A stretch of DNA of 64,000 bases from a virus. Positions within the stretch are counted from its first letter, which is position 1; each line of letters starts with the position of its first letter. Where the stretch lies: IMG/VR virus record IMGVR_UViG_3300042399_002267. One strand, given 5' to 3'. The position numbers were made by a program, and so were the translations under genes. The notes under the pieces were generated by a model. The model saw only the letters and a program-made list of their open reading frames with translations, searched no databases and had not been told where the DNA came from. Below, piece by piece: positions 63,978-64,000 of the stretch.

Positions 63978-64000
63978 TAGTTTTGTGAGCTTGTCTTTTG

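Noticed and set aside
1-64000. tRNA, tmRNA or rRNA genes; replication-origin iterons
   Set aside because: Intergenic gaps are short and occupied by promoters or terminators. No cloverleaf/TTCGA-type signature or iterated DNA repeat was recognised by eye; tRNAscan-SE or ARAGORN would settle this.

Overview
This is a 64 kb segment of a large, AT-rich, tailed dsDNA bacteriophage genome (jumbo-phage-like). It is not a bacterial chromosome. The left edge holds the 5' end of a terminase large subunit (Walker A LVLGRRSGKS, missed by the ORF track) with a coupled TerS candidate. From about 5 to 38 kb is a minus-strand replication, recombination and nucleotide-metabolism module: DnaE, DnaN, DnaX, HolA, DnaB, a DnaC-like loader, a primase split over two distant genes, RecA, a gp32-like SSB, RecJ, SbcD with a fragmented SbcC, NrdA/NrdB, dUTPase and PurA. 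This module also carries three sigma-70-family factors (ECF-like, SigH-like, and one with zinc fingers inserted) and a SpoVS-like gene. From about 38 to 64 kb is a mixed accessory and structural region: two tail-tube-like paralogs, RusA, PD-(D/E)XK nucleases, a 2OG-oxygenase/glycosyltransferase/methyltransferase cluster, FeoA and a GH5 hydrolase. The most striking element is a tandem array of Tad2/DUF2829-like putative nucleotide-signal sponge genes. They are joined by repeated junctions in which the final W-E codons supply the ribosome-binding site of the next copy, suggesting an anti-defence gene accordion. Other highlights are a SigH-like promoter motif in front of five isolated plus-strand genes (three share an N-terminal A-x2-LD-x4-Y-x2-A...[KR][IL]AQ tag), many apparently leaderless sigma-70 transcripts, and a Crn4-like ring-nuclease candidate. 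All family assignments come from motifs read by eye; no database search was run. No tRNA, rRNA or CRISPR array was seen.
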